Assembly: GCF_006345805.1 (NCBI RefSeq)
Contig: NC_042997.1
Location: forward strand, 50,778,001 to 50,842,000
Reading direction: 5' to 3'
DNA: 64,000 bases
Source of the DNA: Octopus sinensis
Lineage: Eukaryota
Below the pieces are notes generated by a model that was not told the origin of the DNA, made no database searches, and saw only the letters and a program-made list of their open reading frames with translations. Position numbers and translations under genes: made by a program. Of the stretch, positions 38,880 to 51,847 are shown in pieces (the stretch's first letter is position 1; each line of letters starts with the position of its first letter).

Positions 38880-41800
38880 TCATAGAATCATAGTCAAGGT
38901 GGCTTCGTCATTCATACGTGCCATCCTTGTTACATTCACCCATCTTTTTTTAAAACATTCACTAGACAAAACTTGCCTCTCTACTCTCACTTTCCTCTTC
39001 AAGTGATACTTGAAGAAGTTGATGAGAGATTGACCAGAGAGGAAAGTGTTTGTCTCCTTTCAGGCGCGTCCACCAGATACATTCTTTCGCTTATCCCGAA
39101 CGGGTAGCGCTTCTCGGTAGCACCACCAGGCCAGGGATCTCTGGAAGTTATCCATAGGTCCCGGGCCGAAAGTCGTTTGAAACAGGCGGGTCAGGTATTC
39201 CTCGTCGACGCCCAGGTTTGCCCCAAGATCGTCGTCGTACTTCCCCTCCACTAATCCCCTATAGAATGCTTTGGTTGTGTTGAAGTCACTCAAGGTCGAC
39301 CAGGGACGGCAAAGTTGCTTGAGAGCAACGCGACACTCGCGGTGCCATTCGCCCTTCCTCGGCCTCTTTTTGATCCACGACTGCAGTTCGGTCATGGAGA
39401 CGAGCTGCGGGAAAGCGTGCCTCACAAACGGCGACCACACCTGTTCACTGTCGTCTACATAGAGCCAGAGATGTCGCAGTCTCAGCGCGTGTCTGCGCAT
39501 CATCAACCACGGCATGCCCAGCCCTCCTTTTAACGGGTGTTGACAGCAAATGGATCGCCTGACCATCGGCACACATCCTTTCCACAAGAAGCGGAAGAGA
39601 ATGCGTTCTAGTTTGGTGATGGTAGGGTCGGGACAAGGTATGACGGTCAGGCGGTAGTAGATGATGGACGCGATGTACGCGTTCGCCACCTCCGCCCAAC
39701 CATTTAGGGACAGTTTCCTCTCGGCCCATTGCTGGGCGAGAGTGACCACCCTACTCGTTATCTCGTTCCAGTTCTTCTCCATTTGGAGGTCCGGACCGAA
39801 CCAGACCCCGAGCAACTTAACCGGGCCGTCTGTCCAGCGTCCCACGACGGAGGTACTGGTGGACGGCATGGGCTTGCTTCTCCAGGTGCCGACCCGCAAG
39901 CCCACTGACTTTTCCCGGTTGATTTTTGCTCCTGTCACCGCTTCGTAGTCTTTCAGTGTCTCACCGACCCGCTCGATGTGCTCGTGGCTTGACACTATGA
40001 CGGTGACGTCGTCCGCGTATGCAGACACGTTCGTCCCGCATCCCAATTCTCGCGGAATGCCCCTGAGAGTCGCCAGCTTCCGCAGTAGTGGCTCAAGAGT
40101 CAATACGTATAGAAGCGCCGAGAGGGGGCATCCCTGACGGACCGAACGTGCGATGTTGAAAGGTCTCGATAGATGTCCATTTACGCGAATTACCGAACGG
40201 ATGCCTCTGTACAAGGCAGCTATCCAGCCGCGGAAGACGGGACCGAAACCAGCCGCTCTCAGGACTGCCTCCAAGTATCGATGGTCTACCCTATCGAAGG
40301 CTTTCGATTGATCCAAGTTGATCAGGGCCCCACCCATGCCAGGTTCGTTAACTACCCTGTCTATGATGTAGCGCATCAGATGGAGGTTGTCATGGATGCT
40401 CCGGCCCGGCACAGCACACGTTTGTGCGTTGTCGACCAGTTTCTCGATGACAAGCGCCAACCTCTTGGTTAACACCTTTGTCAAAATGTTCAGGTCTGCA
40501 TTGAGCAGAGTAATTGGTCTAAAGTTATCTATAATGTTCCCCTTGTTTGGATCTTTCTTCAGCAGAGTTACAGCTCCTCGACTCACAAAACCGGGTATGC
40601 TCCCGTTTTGCTGCCAGTTGCAGTATACCGCTGCCAAGACGTCTCCAAACAAGTCTGGCATACAATTGTAAAACTCGTAGAGCAGACCATCCAAACCCGG
40701 CGATTTGTCTCTCGAGCATTCTGCCATCAGGTCCCGCACATCCACCGCCGTGATGGCACCTTCGCAGCACTCTGCCTCTCTTGCCGAGAGTCGTGGTAGG
40801 CTGTGCAGGTAGGCACTGAAGTCCACCCTGCGTTCACGCTCACCACTCGTCCCGTACAGTCGGGCAAAGTGCCGCTGAAATGTCTCGCACATCTTGCTGG
40901 GCTCGAGTAATTCGCGCCCCTGTTCATCTACCAGAGACCGAATGGTGGCTTTGTTGCCCTGCTGCGCCTCCGCCACCCGGGCCTCCCTCGCGGCTCCAAC
41001 AACTTCCATCCTTAGAGCACGCATCCTAGCCCTGACAGCACACCCTTCGTGTTTGGCGTTGAAGTGTTGTTCAAGGGCCAACCTCGCCGCTTAAACGTCG
41101 GATGTGATGCCACTTCTTATTGCCTCTTCTAACTTCTTAACTAACTCACCCTCTACTCTGTTTCTATCTACGGCTAGTGCCTTGCTATATCTAATTGCTT
41201 CCGCTTTTACTGCTCTCTTGAGGGCGAACCACCATTTGTTGTTGACAATGGCTCCCGTTAAAGCCCTCTTTACTAACGTGTTGATTCTGTCTCTGAAAAC
41301 TTGTCTGGACGGGAATGATGCGTTCAGTTTCCAGTACCCAGGACCCTGTCTATGTGCCTTATCTAAGTCTAGCGTACACGTCACGAATTTGTGATCCGTG
41401 TAGCTGACTGTATGGAATTGTGGACATCCTAAGTTATCCTTGTCTACTGTCCTACACAGTATCCTATCTAGATACGATCTCGACGACCCACTGCGGTTGC
41501 TCCATGTCCACGTTGGTGCATTTGGGTGGTCGAGTCGGTACCTGTCAGACAGTTGGAATCGTCTGAGCAGGTCTCTGAGGCATTTGCATCCCCTTCTGTT
41601 TTTGTCTCTCCCCACATAGTCTAGATGTGTGTCCAAGGTAGCATTCCAATCCCCCACTAAAAGTAAAGGACGAGACGTTCCCAGGAATACTTCTAGACGT
41701 CGAAATAAATCCGGCCGACCTGTTAAAGGCGGTGCGTAGACTGATACGAGTCGAAAAGCGCACCCATTGCTGCCGTCGACATCCAGAACGATCAGTCTAC

Positions 41801-42070
41801 TCTTCGGGTCTACGAATATCGTCTTGACTTCGAGATCCAGGCTCTTGTGAAAAAGTACCGCGGTGCCACTACCGCCCATCCTCGGCAGACAGGGAGCAAA
41901 ATAAATGTTAAACTGTCCGCCAACATGGACTTTAGGGCCCGTGGCTCGTGGAGTCTGGTCTCACTTATGGCTATGATTCCCAAATCATGTGACTTGATGT
42001 CATTTAGGAGGTATCCTTGTTTCCAAGGAGTCCCCAAGCCACGCGCATTCACACAACCAATCTTGACCAT
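38880..42070 (-). pseudogene. Copy B ORF2: APE endonuclease + reverse transcriptase
   Basis: NARGL, ISET, GDWN, YLDR, TDHK, KSPGLDG, FRPITLLN, DQSKAFDRV, VRQGCPLS, YADD; frameshift ~41890, stop at 41091, zinc-finger region apparently deleted after LPVRDK (~39090). Confidence 0.93.
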
Positions 42071-42120
42071 GATTCTATTGAGGTGTGTGCTTTAAAACAC
42101 AAAAAGGAAAGTACAGAGAG

Positions 42121-43833
42121 TTACTTACTTGTGTCGAAAGTTTTGGCTTCCTCGTTCTTTGATGTGTCTTCGAGGAGGTTTTTATAAAGTTTTTGGGAGA
42201 GATATTTTTGGAAACCCCCTACAGCATTTGGGAAGAGGGCTTTGAGTTTGTGGTGTTGTGTTTGTGTGATGTGTAGTATTTTGATGTGTTTGGGTGGTGT
42301 AGTGCGTGGATGATTGCTATTTTTAAAGTCATCTTCACAAATGTTTGTGTGGCCTGTGATGTACTCCATTAGTTTGGAGTCTTTGGTGTCTATCGCTGAT
42401 AGCATTGTTTTTGTGGTGTTGGTGCTTGTTTTGTTGTGTATGGAGTTTTCAGGGTTCAGGTATCTCCCTGCTTTGGTTGCGATTTCTTGTTTGTTTTTTT
42501 TTATCTTTTTCTTTTACCCCCTGTGGCTATTTGCCATTCTGTCGAACTTTCATCGTTAGATGAAAAGTCTGACGAATCAGCAGGGGGAAAGGGTAAAGCG
42601 TCTGGGTCTGTTTGTGCGGTTGTAGATATTGTTGTGGTGCGCGGGGAGGGTGTTGTTGGGGGGTTTGTTGTGGTTATTGTCTCTCCTACATCCTTGGTGC
42701 TTGTCTTCTTCGTTGTTATTCTCGGTGTTGGAATTGGTTTAGTTGTTGTTGGTGGTGATGATTCTGTTCTTGGCGCTGGTGTTGGTGTTGTTTGGTTGGG
42801 TTGGCTTGTTCTTTGTTGTTTTTCATGCATTTCTGCATACAGCTTCTTGATTAGCCGTCCATATTGTGGTGTGGGCAATAATTCTGGCTTTTGTGGTTTT
42901 TCCTGTGGCTGTTGTTGTTGTTGTAATTTAGCGGCAGATTTGCACTCCTTTTTGAGGTGTGCCTCACTGCCACATGTATAGCATCGTGGCCCTCTGCCCT
43001 CGACTACTACGTACAACTTGCGGCCATCCGCAAGATGTACGTGGGTGGGAATTTTGTTAATGTCGTCTTGACTTATGTGGAAGAGGAACTCCATTCTCTT
43101 TCCCAGCCAGTCCTTGTTTTTCGAAACAGCGACATCCAGGATGTTTAAGTCCTCCATTTCGGATGTTATGGCGGATGTTATCCATAGTGTGGTTGTTACT
43201 TGGGGGACATTATTGATAATGACCTTCGTCACCTTCTGGCCAAGGTAACTCGCTGTCATCGTTAGTTCATCAGAATGAAGGGTTATCGTTGAGAATTTCT
43301 TCGCCAACTCTTCATTCTGAAAAACCACCTGTACGTGGGCGAACTTGTTCGCCCAAGTCACATAATCCTTGTATCCCCAGATGGGGCGTAGGCACTTTTC
43401 TATTTTGTCCGTGCTTGCCTTTTCTGGACTTTTAGTTGTTTTATTTGTTATTTTATAAACAATGGTTTTCTTTTTTTCCTCATTCAGTATGTGTTGTGGT
43501 ATGTGTAAGAGTATTTTGCCATTTTCATTGGTGATAAGGTTTCTGCAATATTTTATTTGTTGTGCAGTAAACGATACTCTTGTTACTTTTTCTTTTATCG
43601 CCTCGGCGAAGTTTGTTGTTGTTTTGTTATTGTTGTTACTGCCGGTGGTGTTGGTGTTGATGGCAGGGGTGTGGGTTGTAGGTTTGTGGTTGCTGATTAT
43701 GCAACTAGCAAGGGGTGGAAAATTGTCTGCGTAATTTGGTCCTGCATTAGCGCAAATTTCGGCATTTCGTTTGCTTGTCGTCGTTGTTATTTTTTCACTT
43801 GTTGGTGATGGAGTGAGCAGTGGTTGAAGGGAA

Positions 43834-43877
<44 letters not shown>

Positions 43878-44359
43878 ATTGTCGTTCTTGGTGACGGCGG
43901 TGGTGTTAGTGGTATTAGTAGCATTGACGGCACGGTCTTTGGTGGCGGTGATGGTGATGTTGGTATTGTTATTGGTGGCGATGTCTTTAGCAGGGATAGC
44001 AGTTTTAGTAGCAGATGCTGCCATGGTGTTGTTGTCGGTGTTGGTGATGGACTCACTGGTGGTGTTGACGGTGCATGGCCTTGCGACCTTTGTTTTGTAT
44101 TTGTTGCTGTTGTCAATGTTGATGGTGGTGGTGGTGGTGGTGGTGGTGGTGGTAACAGTAGTAGTCTCTTTGTTGTTCTTGTTAGTGGTGGTGGTGGTGA
44201 CAGGGCTGTTACTACAAGTGGTTGCAGCGTTTATTCCTAAATTATTTATGTTTGCACTTTGCGTGCATAAGTTCTTTTTTTCTCCTAGCGTTTCCAGACT
44301 AGGAAAATGATGGTCGATAGAGGAACGGGACCATCGTTCTACAATACAATTTCTCGACA
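42121..44359 (-). pseudogene. Copy B ORF1 (T/N-rich N-terminus, CCHC zinc knuckle)
   Basis: CYTCGSEAHLKKEC; C-terminal part 42121-42405 out of frame after an A-run near 42500. Confidence 0.88.
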
Positions 44360-44660
44360 TTTTGAAAATGTCGAAAAGGAAATTACACAAATTAAATAGG
44401 GTTGAAACTGCCCCTAGAGGCGAATTCCTCCCCTCCACTAATCCTCTATAGAATGCCTTTGTTGTGATGGAGTCGCACAAGTTCGATCCCGGACGGCAGA
44501 GTTGCTTGAGAGCAACGCGACACTCGCGGTGCCATTCGCCTAGCCTCGGTCTCTGCTTGATCCATGACTGTAGTTCGTCCAAGGAGACGAGCTGCGGGAA
44601 AGCGCGCCGCACAAAAGGCGACCACACCTGTTCACCGTTGTCTATGAAGCGCCGGAGATG

Positions 44661-47249
44661 TCACAGTCTCAGCGCATGTCTGCGCATCATTAACCACGGC
44701 ATGCCCAGCCCTCCATTTAGCGGGTGTTGACAGCAAATGGATCGCCTAACCATCGGAACGTTTCCCTTCCACAAGAAGCGGAAGAGTATACGTTCCAGTT
44801 TGGTGATGGTAGGGTCGGGACAAGGCACGACAGTCAGACGATACTCGATGACGGATGCGATGTACGCGTTCGCCACCTCCGCCGACCTTTTAGGGATAGC
44901 TTTCTCTTTCTGGGTGAGAGTAGCCACCCTAGTCGTTATCTCGCCCCAGTTCTTCTCCATTTGGAGGTCCGGACCGAACCAGACCCCGAGCAATTTAACC
45001 GGTCCGTCCGTCCAGCGTCCCACGATGGAGACGCTGTTGGACGGCATGGGCCTGCTTCTCCAGGTGCCGAGCCGCAAGCCCACTGACTTTACCCGGTTAA
45101 TTTTTGCTCCCGTTACCGCTTCGTATTCTTTTAGTGTCTCGCCGACCAGCTCGATGTGCTCGTAGCTCGACACTATGACGGTGACGTCATCCGCGTATGC
45201 AGACACGCTCCTCCCGCATCCCAGCTCTCGTTGGATGCCCCTCAGCGTCGCCAGTTTCCGCAGTAGTGGCTCAAGAGTCAATACATACAGCAGCGCCGAG
45301 AGGGAGCATCCCTGACGAACCGAACGCATGATGTTAAAAGGTCTGGATAGATGACCATTTACGCGAACTACTGAGCGGATGCCGCTGTATAAGGCAGCGA
45401 TCCAACCGCGGAAAACTGGACCGAAACCAGCCGCTTTAAGGACAGCCTCCAAGTAGTGATGGTCTACCCTATCGAAGGCTTTTGATTGGTCCAAATTGAT
45501 CAGCGCCCCACCCATGCCAGGATTCTTAACTACCCTGTCTATGATGTAGCGCATCAGATGGAGGTTGTCATGAATACTTCTACCCGGCACGGCGCATGTT
45601 TGTGCCTTGTCGATTAGTTTCTTGATGACAAGCGCCAACCTCTCGGCTAGCACATTGGCCAAAATTTTCAAATCTGCGTTGAGCAGAGTGATGGGCCTGA
45701 AATTATCTATAACGTCCCCCTTTTTTGGGTCTTTCTTAATCAGTGCCACTGCTCCTCGCTTTACAAAAGCAGGAATACTCCCGTTTTGCTGCCAGTTGCA
45801 GTAGACAGCTGCCAAGACGCCTCCAAACAAGTCTGGCATATGAAAATAAAGTTCGTAGGGCAGACCATCCAAGCCTGGTGACTTGTCTCTCGCGCAGCCT
45901 ACCATCGCATCCTGTACGTCCGCAGCTGTGATAGGCCTTTCACAAGACTCCACCTCTCTTGCTGAGAGTCGTGGCAAGGCATGCAGGTAGGCACTAAAGT
46001 CCACTCTGCGTTCTGACCCACCACTTGTCCCAAACAGTTGGGTGAAGTGTTGTTGAAAAGCCCCACACATACTTTTAGGCTCGAGCAATTCGCACCTCTG
46101 TTCATCTATAAGAGACTTGATGGTGGTTCTGTTGCCTCGTTGCGTCTCCACCACTCGGGCCTCTTGGGCGGCTCCAACTCCTTCGTTCCTCAGAGCACGC
46201 ATCCTAGCTCTGACAACGCATCCCTCGTGTTTGGCGTTGAGGTGTTGGTCGAGGGCCAATCTCGCCGCCAGGACGTTGGACGCGATGCCAGTTCTAAGTG
46301 CCTCTTCTAAAACCTTAACTAATTCTCCCTCTATTCTATTTCGGTCTAATGCTAGGGCTTTACTGTATCTGACTGATTCTGCTTTAATTGCTTTTTTTAG
46401 GGCATACCACCATCTGTTGTTGATGATGGTACCCGTCAAAGCTCTCTTAACTAATGTGCTGATCCGGTCCCTGTAAACCTGTCGTGCTGTAAAAGACGCG
46501 TTCAGTTTCCAGTAACCAGGACCCTGCCTATGTGTCTTATCTAAGTCAAGTGTACAAGTCACAAACTTGTGATCTGTGTAACTGACTATATGAAATTGTG
46601 GACAACCTACACTATTTTTATCTATTGTCCTACAGAATACTCTATCTAAGTATGATCTGGACGACCCGATGCGGTTACTCCATGTCCACATTGGCACATT
46701 CGGGTGGTCCAGTCGGTACCTGTCAGACAGTTGGAAACGTCTGAGCAGGTCTTTGAGGCATTTGCATCCCCTTCTATTGCTATCTCTGCCCACGTAGTCT
46801 AGATGCGTGTCCAGGGTGGCATTCCAATCCCCCACTAAAAGTAAAGGACGAGACGTTCCCATGAAAGACTCTAGACGTCGAAAGAAATCTGGTCGGCATG
46901 TTAAGGACGGAGCATAAACTGCTATCAGTCGAAAAGCACACTCATTGCTGCCATCGACATCCAAAACGACCAGCCTACCCTCCGGGTCTAGGAAATTTGC
47001 TCTTACTTTGAGATCCAGACTCTTCCGGAGAAGCACCGCGTTGCCACCTCCGCCCATTCTCGGTAGACACGGAGAAAAATAAATGTTGAAATGTGTACCG
47101 AAACTGTGCTGGAGTGCCCGCAAGCTGTGGAGTCTGGTCTCACTGATGGCTATGATATTCAGATTTAGTGATTTGATGTCATTTAACAGGTAGCCTTGTT
47201 TCCAAGGCGATCCCAAGCCACGTACATTTATACTGCCTATTCTGAGCAT
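44661..47249 (-). CDS. Copy A ORF2: APE endonuclease + reverse transcriptase, 862 aa, truncated
   Basis: EN and RT motifs in one frame; short compensating frameshift near 44890-44915; TGA where copy B has CGA. Confidence 0.92.
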   Translation of the reverse strand: MLRIGSINVRGLGSPWKQGYLLNDIKSLNLNIIAISETRLHSLRALQHSFGTHFNIYFSPCLPRMGGGGNAVLLRKSLDLKVRANFLDPEGRLVVLDVDGSNECAFRLIAVYAPSLTCRPDFFRRLESFMGTSRPLLLVGDWNATLDTHLDYVGRDSNRRGCKCLKDLLRRFQLSDRYRLDHPNVPMWTWSNRIGSSRSYLDRVFCRTIDKNSVGCPQFHIVSYTDHKFVTCTLDLDKTHRQGPGYWKLNASFTARQVYRDRISTLVKRALTGTIINNRWWYALKKAIKAESVRYSKALALDRNRIEGELVKVLEEALRTGIASNVLAARLALDQHLNAKHEGCVVRARMRALRNEGVGAAQEARVVETQRGNRTTIKSLIDEQRCELLEPKSMCGAFQQHFTQLFGTSGGSERRVDFSAYLHALPRLSAREVESCERPITAADVQDAMVGCARDKSPGLDGLPYELYFHMPDLFGGVLAAVYCNWQQNGSIPAFVKRGAVALIKKDPKKGDVIDNFRPITLLNADLKILANVLAERLALVIKKLIDKAQTCAVPGRSIHDNLHLMRYIIDRVVKNPGMGGALINLDQSKAFDRVDHHYLEAVLKAAGFGPVFRGWIAALYSGIRSVVRVNGHLSRPFNIMRSVRQGCSLSALLYVLTLEPLLRKLATLRGIQRELGCGRSVSAYADDVTVIVSSYEHIELVGETLKEYEAVTGAKINRVKSVGLRLGTWRSRPMPSNSVSIVGRWTDGPVKLLGVWFGPDLQMEKNWGEITTRVATLTQKEKAIPKRSAEVANAYIASVIEYRLTVVPCPDPTITKLERILFRFLWKGNVPMVRRSICCQHPLNGGLGMPWLMMRRHALRL

Positions 47250-47315
47250 GTTCCGATAAAATTATGTTTTACACACGAAAAGAAAGTGCAAAAAAGGAAA
47301 GAGAGAGAGAAAAGG

Positions 47316-49533
47316 TTACTTGTTGTTCGAAAGTCCTTTGTTTTTCACCTCACAGTCTTCTTCCATGAGGCTTTTGTATAGTTTCTTTGATGAGTACTTT
47401 TGAAATCTCTCTACAGCATCAAGGTAAAGAGATTTCAGGGTGCTGTATGTGTTCTGTGTTACGTGTATTATTTTAATGTGTTGTGGTGGTGTTGTGCGTG
47501 GGTGGTTACTGGTTTTTATGTCGTTTTCAGTTATGTTGGTGTTTGACCTAATGTGTTCCATTAGGTCGTGGTTGTTTGTGTTTATGGCTGTCAACATTGT
47601 TGGGGGGCTTGATGATGGTGTGTTTGTGTTGATGTGTTTGTTTTCTGTGGATGTTTTTGTTTCGGGAGTGGTGAATCTTCCTGCTTTGTTTGTTATCTTT
47701 TCTTTTCTTTTTTTCCCCTTTTCTTCTCCCCCCTGTGGCTATTTGCCAATCTTCTGTGTCTTCTTCGTCTAATGACAAATCAGAAGAATCAGAGCTTGGA
47801 AGAGGGAAAATATTGGGGTCTATTGTAGACTGTGTTGATTTTGTTGTTGTTGTTGGTTGGTGAGCGTTAGGTTGTGGTGTATGCGGTTTTGGAGGTGGGG
47901 TGTGGGTATTTTGTGTTTGAGTGATTGTAGGTATTGTTGTGTTGTTTGGGGTGTCAATTTTGTGGGGATTTAGAGTAGTAATTGTTTCTTCACTTTCGAT
48001 GAGTGTCTTTTTGGCAGATGTCCTTGGTTTGGGAGTTGGTTTATTCTTGGTTGTTGTTGTTGGTGGTGTTGCTTCTGTTCTTTGTGCATTTGGTGTGGTT
48101 GTTTGGTTGGTGAGGTTTGTTTTTTGTTGATTTTCTGTGATTAGTCCTGTTCGTGCAAAACGTGGTGTGGGTAGAAAAGCTGGTTTATTTGTTTTTTCCG
48201 GCTGCTGTTGTTGTTGCTGTTGTTTTCTTGCGACAGATTTGCAGTCTTTTTTTAGGTGTTGCTCACTGCCGCATATGTAGCAACGTGGTCTTCTGCCATC
48301 GACGACCACATACAACTTGTGGTTTTCTGATACACATATCTGGGTGGGTATTTTCTTTATGTCCTCTTGGTTTATATGTAGTAGAAATTCTACTTTTTTT
48401 CCCACCCAGTTTTTGTGCTCCGTGACCGTGGTTTCTAAAATTGTGAAATCTTTCATTTTCACACATAAGGCCTTTACTAGCCAGAGATTGTTATCTATTT
48501 TTGGGACATTGTTTAAAGTGATCTTAGTCACTTTCTGTCCACAATAGCTTGGTGTTAGTTGAAGTTCATCTGAATGAAGAGTTAGCGTTGAGAAACGTCT
48601 TGCTAACTCTTCAGTGTGGAAGACCACTTGTATGTGTGCGAACTTGTTCCACCAGGTCACATAGTCTTTGTAGTTCCAGATGGGTTTCAAGCATTTTTCT
48701 ATTTTGCTTGTGTTAGCCTTCTCTGGACTTTTTGTTTTCTTATTAATTATTTTATAAATAATTGTTCTTTTTTTTTTCATCTTATAATATTTCTTCTGGT
48801 ATGTTTATTTTTACTATACCATCTACTTCCGTTATTGTAATGTTCGTGTCTTTTATTTGTTGTGCAGTAAAATATACTGTTGTCTTTTTTTCTTTAATCG
48901 CCTCGGCGAAATTAGTTGTTGTTTTGTTATTGTTGTTACTGGTGGTGATGTTGTTGTTGGCTGCAGTTGGTAAAATCGGTGTATTTGGTTTGATTGTGCA
49001 AGTAGGAAGGGGTGGAAAATTACTTGCATAATTTATCTCTGTATTCGAGCAGCTTTTGTCAATTTGTTTGGTGGTCACAGTCTTTTGTTTATTCCCTTCA
49101 GTTCTTGTTGTTGGAGTAAAACAGGTCTGAACGGAATTGTTGTTGTTGTTATTGTTGTTTTTGTTGTTAGTGATGGTGTCAGTGGCAGAAGAGACAGCCG
49201 TGGCAGCAGATGTCGAAATGGTGGCGCAATTTTTATTTTTGTTGTCATTGTTATTGTTGTTGTTGTTGGTAGTTGAGGTAGTGGAGGAGGTGGCGGTGGT
49301 GGTGGTGGTGGTGGAGGCGGTGGTGGTAACAGTAGTAGTCTCTATGTTGTTCTTGCTAGTGGTGGTGTTGGTGACAGGGCTGTTACTACAAGTGGTTGCA
49401 GCGTTCATTGCAAAGTCATTGATGATTTTACTTTGCGCGCATAAATTCGTTTTTTCTCCTAGCGTCTCCAGACTAGGAGAAAGCTGGTCGATAAAGGAAC
49501 GCGACCAGCGTTCTACAATACAATTTCTCGACA
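47316..49533 (-). pseudogene. Copy A ORF1, broken by two homopolymer frameshifts
   Basis: ORFs 48782-49618, 47548-48780 and 47316-47597 align in order to copy B ORF1; CYICGSEQHLKKDC. Confidence 0.88.
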
Positions 49534-49739
49534 TTTTGAAAATGTCGAGAAAGAAATTACAAAAATGAAATAGGGTTGAAACTGCCCCTAGGGGCGAATT
49601 CCTCCCTTGGAAAAGCACTCAAACGAAAGTTGGGTGCCTTACACACCTTATTTACAAAAATGTACACAAAATATGGGCTATAAATAGTCAAAATAAACGA
49701 TTACCTTCGGAGCCGAAGTGACAGCACGTCCATAGACAG

Positions 49740-49860
<121 letters not shown>

Positions 49861-50834
49861 TTGTACATGACATTGCGTGAATCAAGAAGTACTGAAATAA
49901 ATTTAAATATTGAAAGGTTTTGTGTGTGTGTGTATGTATGTGTGTACACAAATGTGTGTGAGGCTTTAGCCGCCATAATTAAAATGGACTAAACAGCATA
50001 GGTGTGTATTCTCTTGTGGTTTTATTGTACCATGTATATACTTGTATCTACTTAGATATATAGAATGCATGTTTGTTTGTTTGTTTGTGTATACATATGA
50101 TGCACATATATATATAACGTCTGTACGTATAAATATATATCTATGTGTCTGCGTTTGCGTATGTGTCTATGTGTAAATATGTATTTTGGTGATATGAATA
50201 TATGTATGCACATAGATGAGGACTTGTATATATGTGTATATATATGTAACTGAGTGCGTGAGTATGTGTATGTTGTGTGCTTATATGTGTGTGTTATATG
50301 GATATGCGTATGTGCTTGTATGAGTGTGTGTGTGGAACTACACATAAATAAACAAACAAACCCAAATATCAAGAATTCCTTGAAATTTGAATCATTTCCA
50401 AAGCCATGCCTCGTGACAGACTGACTTCTTCAGGCTGACTCTTCCAGCAACCTTTTCTTTGTAACTCACTCTTCCTGCTCTAAATCACCGGTTTCTCTTG
50501 TTAACCCATAATATATTGAAATACTATCCCCCCACTCCTTTTTATATTGACTCCCTACACACATGCACATACCTATATACCTACACAGACACACACATAT
50601 ACACATACACACACATATACACACATGCACACTCACACACATAACTAAACCTTTTGAAACATAAGTAGATCTCATTTTTGCTAGCTATGTTCATTGGAGC
50701 ATCATGGAATAAAGAAACTTGCCCAACGGAATCGAACTCAGGACCTTACGATCGTGAACTGAGCACTAAACCGTGTGCCTTCATATACATACATACACAC
50801 ACACACACATACATGCACACACATATAGACACAT

Positions 50835-50914
<80 letters not shown>

Positions 50915-50919
<5 letters not shown>

Positions 50920-51847
50920 CATAAAAATACATACAGAACTCCACAGTGACAACAGACATATTTTACAAAAAAACTGACACACACCAATATTTAAAGTTCT
51001 ACTCTTGCCATCCATCACACATCAAAAGAAACATCCCATACAGCATGGCAAGATGCATCTGTGCTATAGTGGCTGATCCCAAAATACGTGAAATCTTACT
51101 CAACGAACTCAAAGGCTTCCTCACGATGCAGAAATACCCCTTAGAATTAATTAATGAGGGAGCTAAAAAGGCGATGAAACTGAACATCACCCAACTACGG
51201 GCATCTAAGGAAAAAGTTAATGAAAACACGAGTCCGTTCATTAACAGACACAGTCCTGGAATAACCAACATCTTTCACGCCATAAAATCAAACTTACCTA
51301 TACTCCTACAAAGCCCCAAAATGAAAACTTTGATTGAAAAGACCACCTTACGGAATAGCAGACGCTAACCAAAAACGCTTAAAAACGCTTAAAATTCACA
51401 AGGGTAGAATTCAAATCAGAGAATGAATCAGAATTCTTAGAAAACGAATGGGGAGATAAGAGATGTGGAACATGCAACAATATCAACAACTTCAAATACT
51501 TGAAAAGTGGTTCCCACATAAAATTCAAGAGCGGATCCCTTTTCAAAATTAATGCAGTTATGAACTGCAAAACGCAAAACCTCATGTACTGCATTACCTG
51601 CCCAAACTGCAAAGGAAATTACATTGGCGAAGCAAATAATTCCCTCTGCCAACGTGCAAGAATCCACAGGCAACATATCCGACAAGAAGAATTACGCAAG
51701 ATTCCATTAAGTAAGCATCTGGAAATATGCGGCGACGGAAAATTCAAAATTTTTCCCTTTTGCAAATATGCACGGGACGATCTGCAATATCAAAAAGTAA
51801 TGGAACTACATTTCATCAAAAAATTCTCTCCAAAATTGAAGGTTTGA
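50915..51847 (+). pseudogene. 5'-truncated Penelope-like element (RT thumb + GIY-YIG, Neptune/Naiad type)
   Basis: TDIFYKKTDTHQYLKFYSCHP, RCGTC linker, NLMYCITCPNCKGNYIGE..RARIH..SKHL..E..FI; starts directly after (TA)n; stop and frameshift ~51370. Confidence 0.92.

Larger units (their letters stand above)
38569..44432 (-). mobile_element. Tx1/L1-clade LINE copy B (near full length, inactivated)
   Basis: ORF1 with CCHC knuckle, ORF2 with APE endonuclease and RT, 3' UTR ending aataaagaaac then (TATC)n. Confidence 0.95.
44429..49733 (-). mobile_element. Tx1/L1-clade LINE copy A (5' intact, 3' end missing)
   Basis: 5' end abuts (GATA)n at 49741; ORF1 and ORF2 homologous to copy B; ends at the junction with copy B. 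Confidence 0.95.

Noticed and set aside
42121-42405. Apparent conserved third ORF or programmed frameshift between ORF1 and ORF2 (also 47316-47597)
   Set aside because: Offset from ORF1 is -1 in copy B but +1 in copy A, both at A/G homopolymer runs; best read as the ORF1 C-terminus broken by independent indels or sequencing errors.
44661-44663. In-frame TGA as selenocysteine or readthrough
   Set aside because: Copy B has CGA (Arg) here; ordinary CpG transition.
49430-49515. HDV-like ribozyme in the Tx1 leader
   Set aside because: Could not assign the nested P1/P2/P3/P1.1 topology, and the candidate catalytic C is not conserved in copy B.
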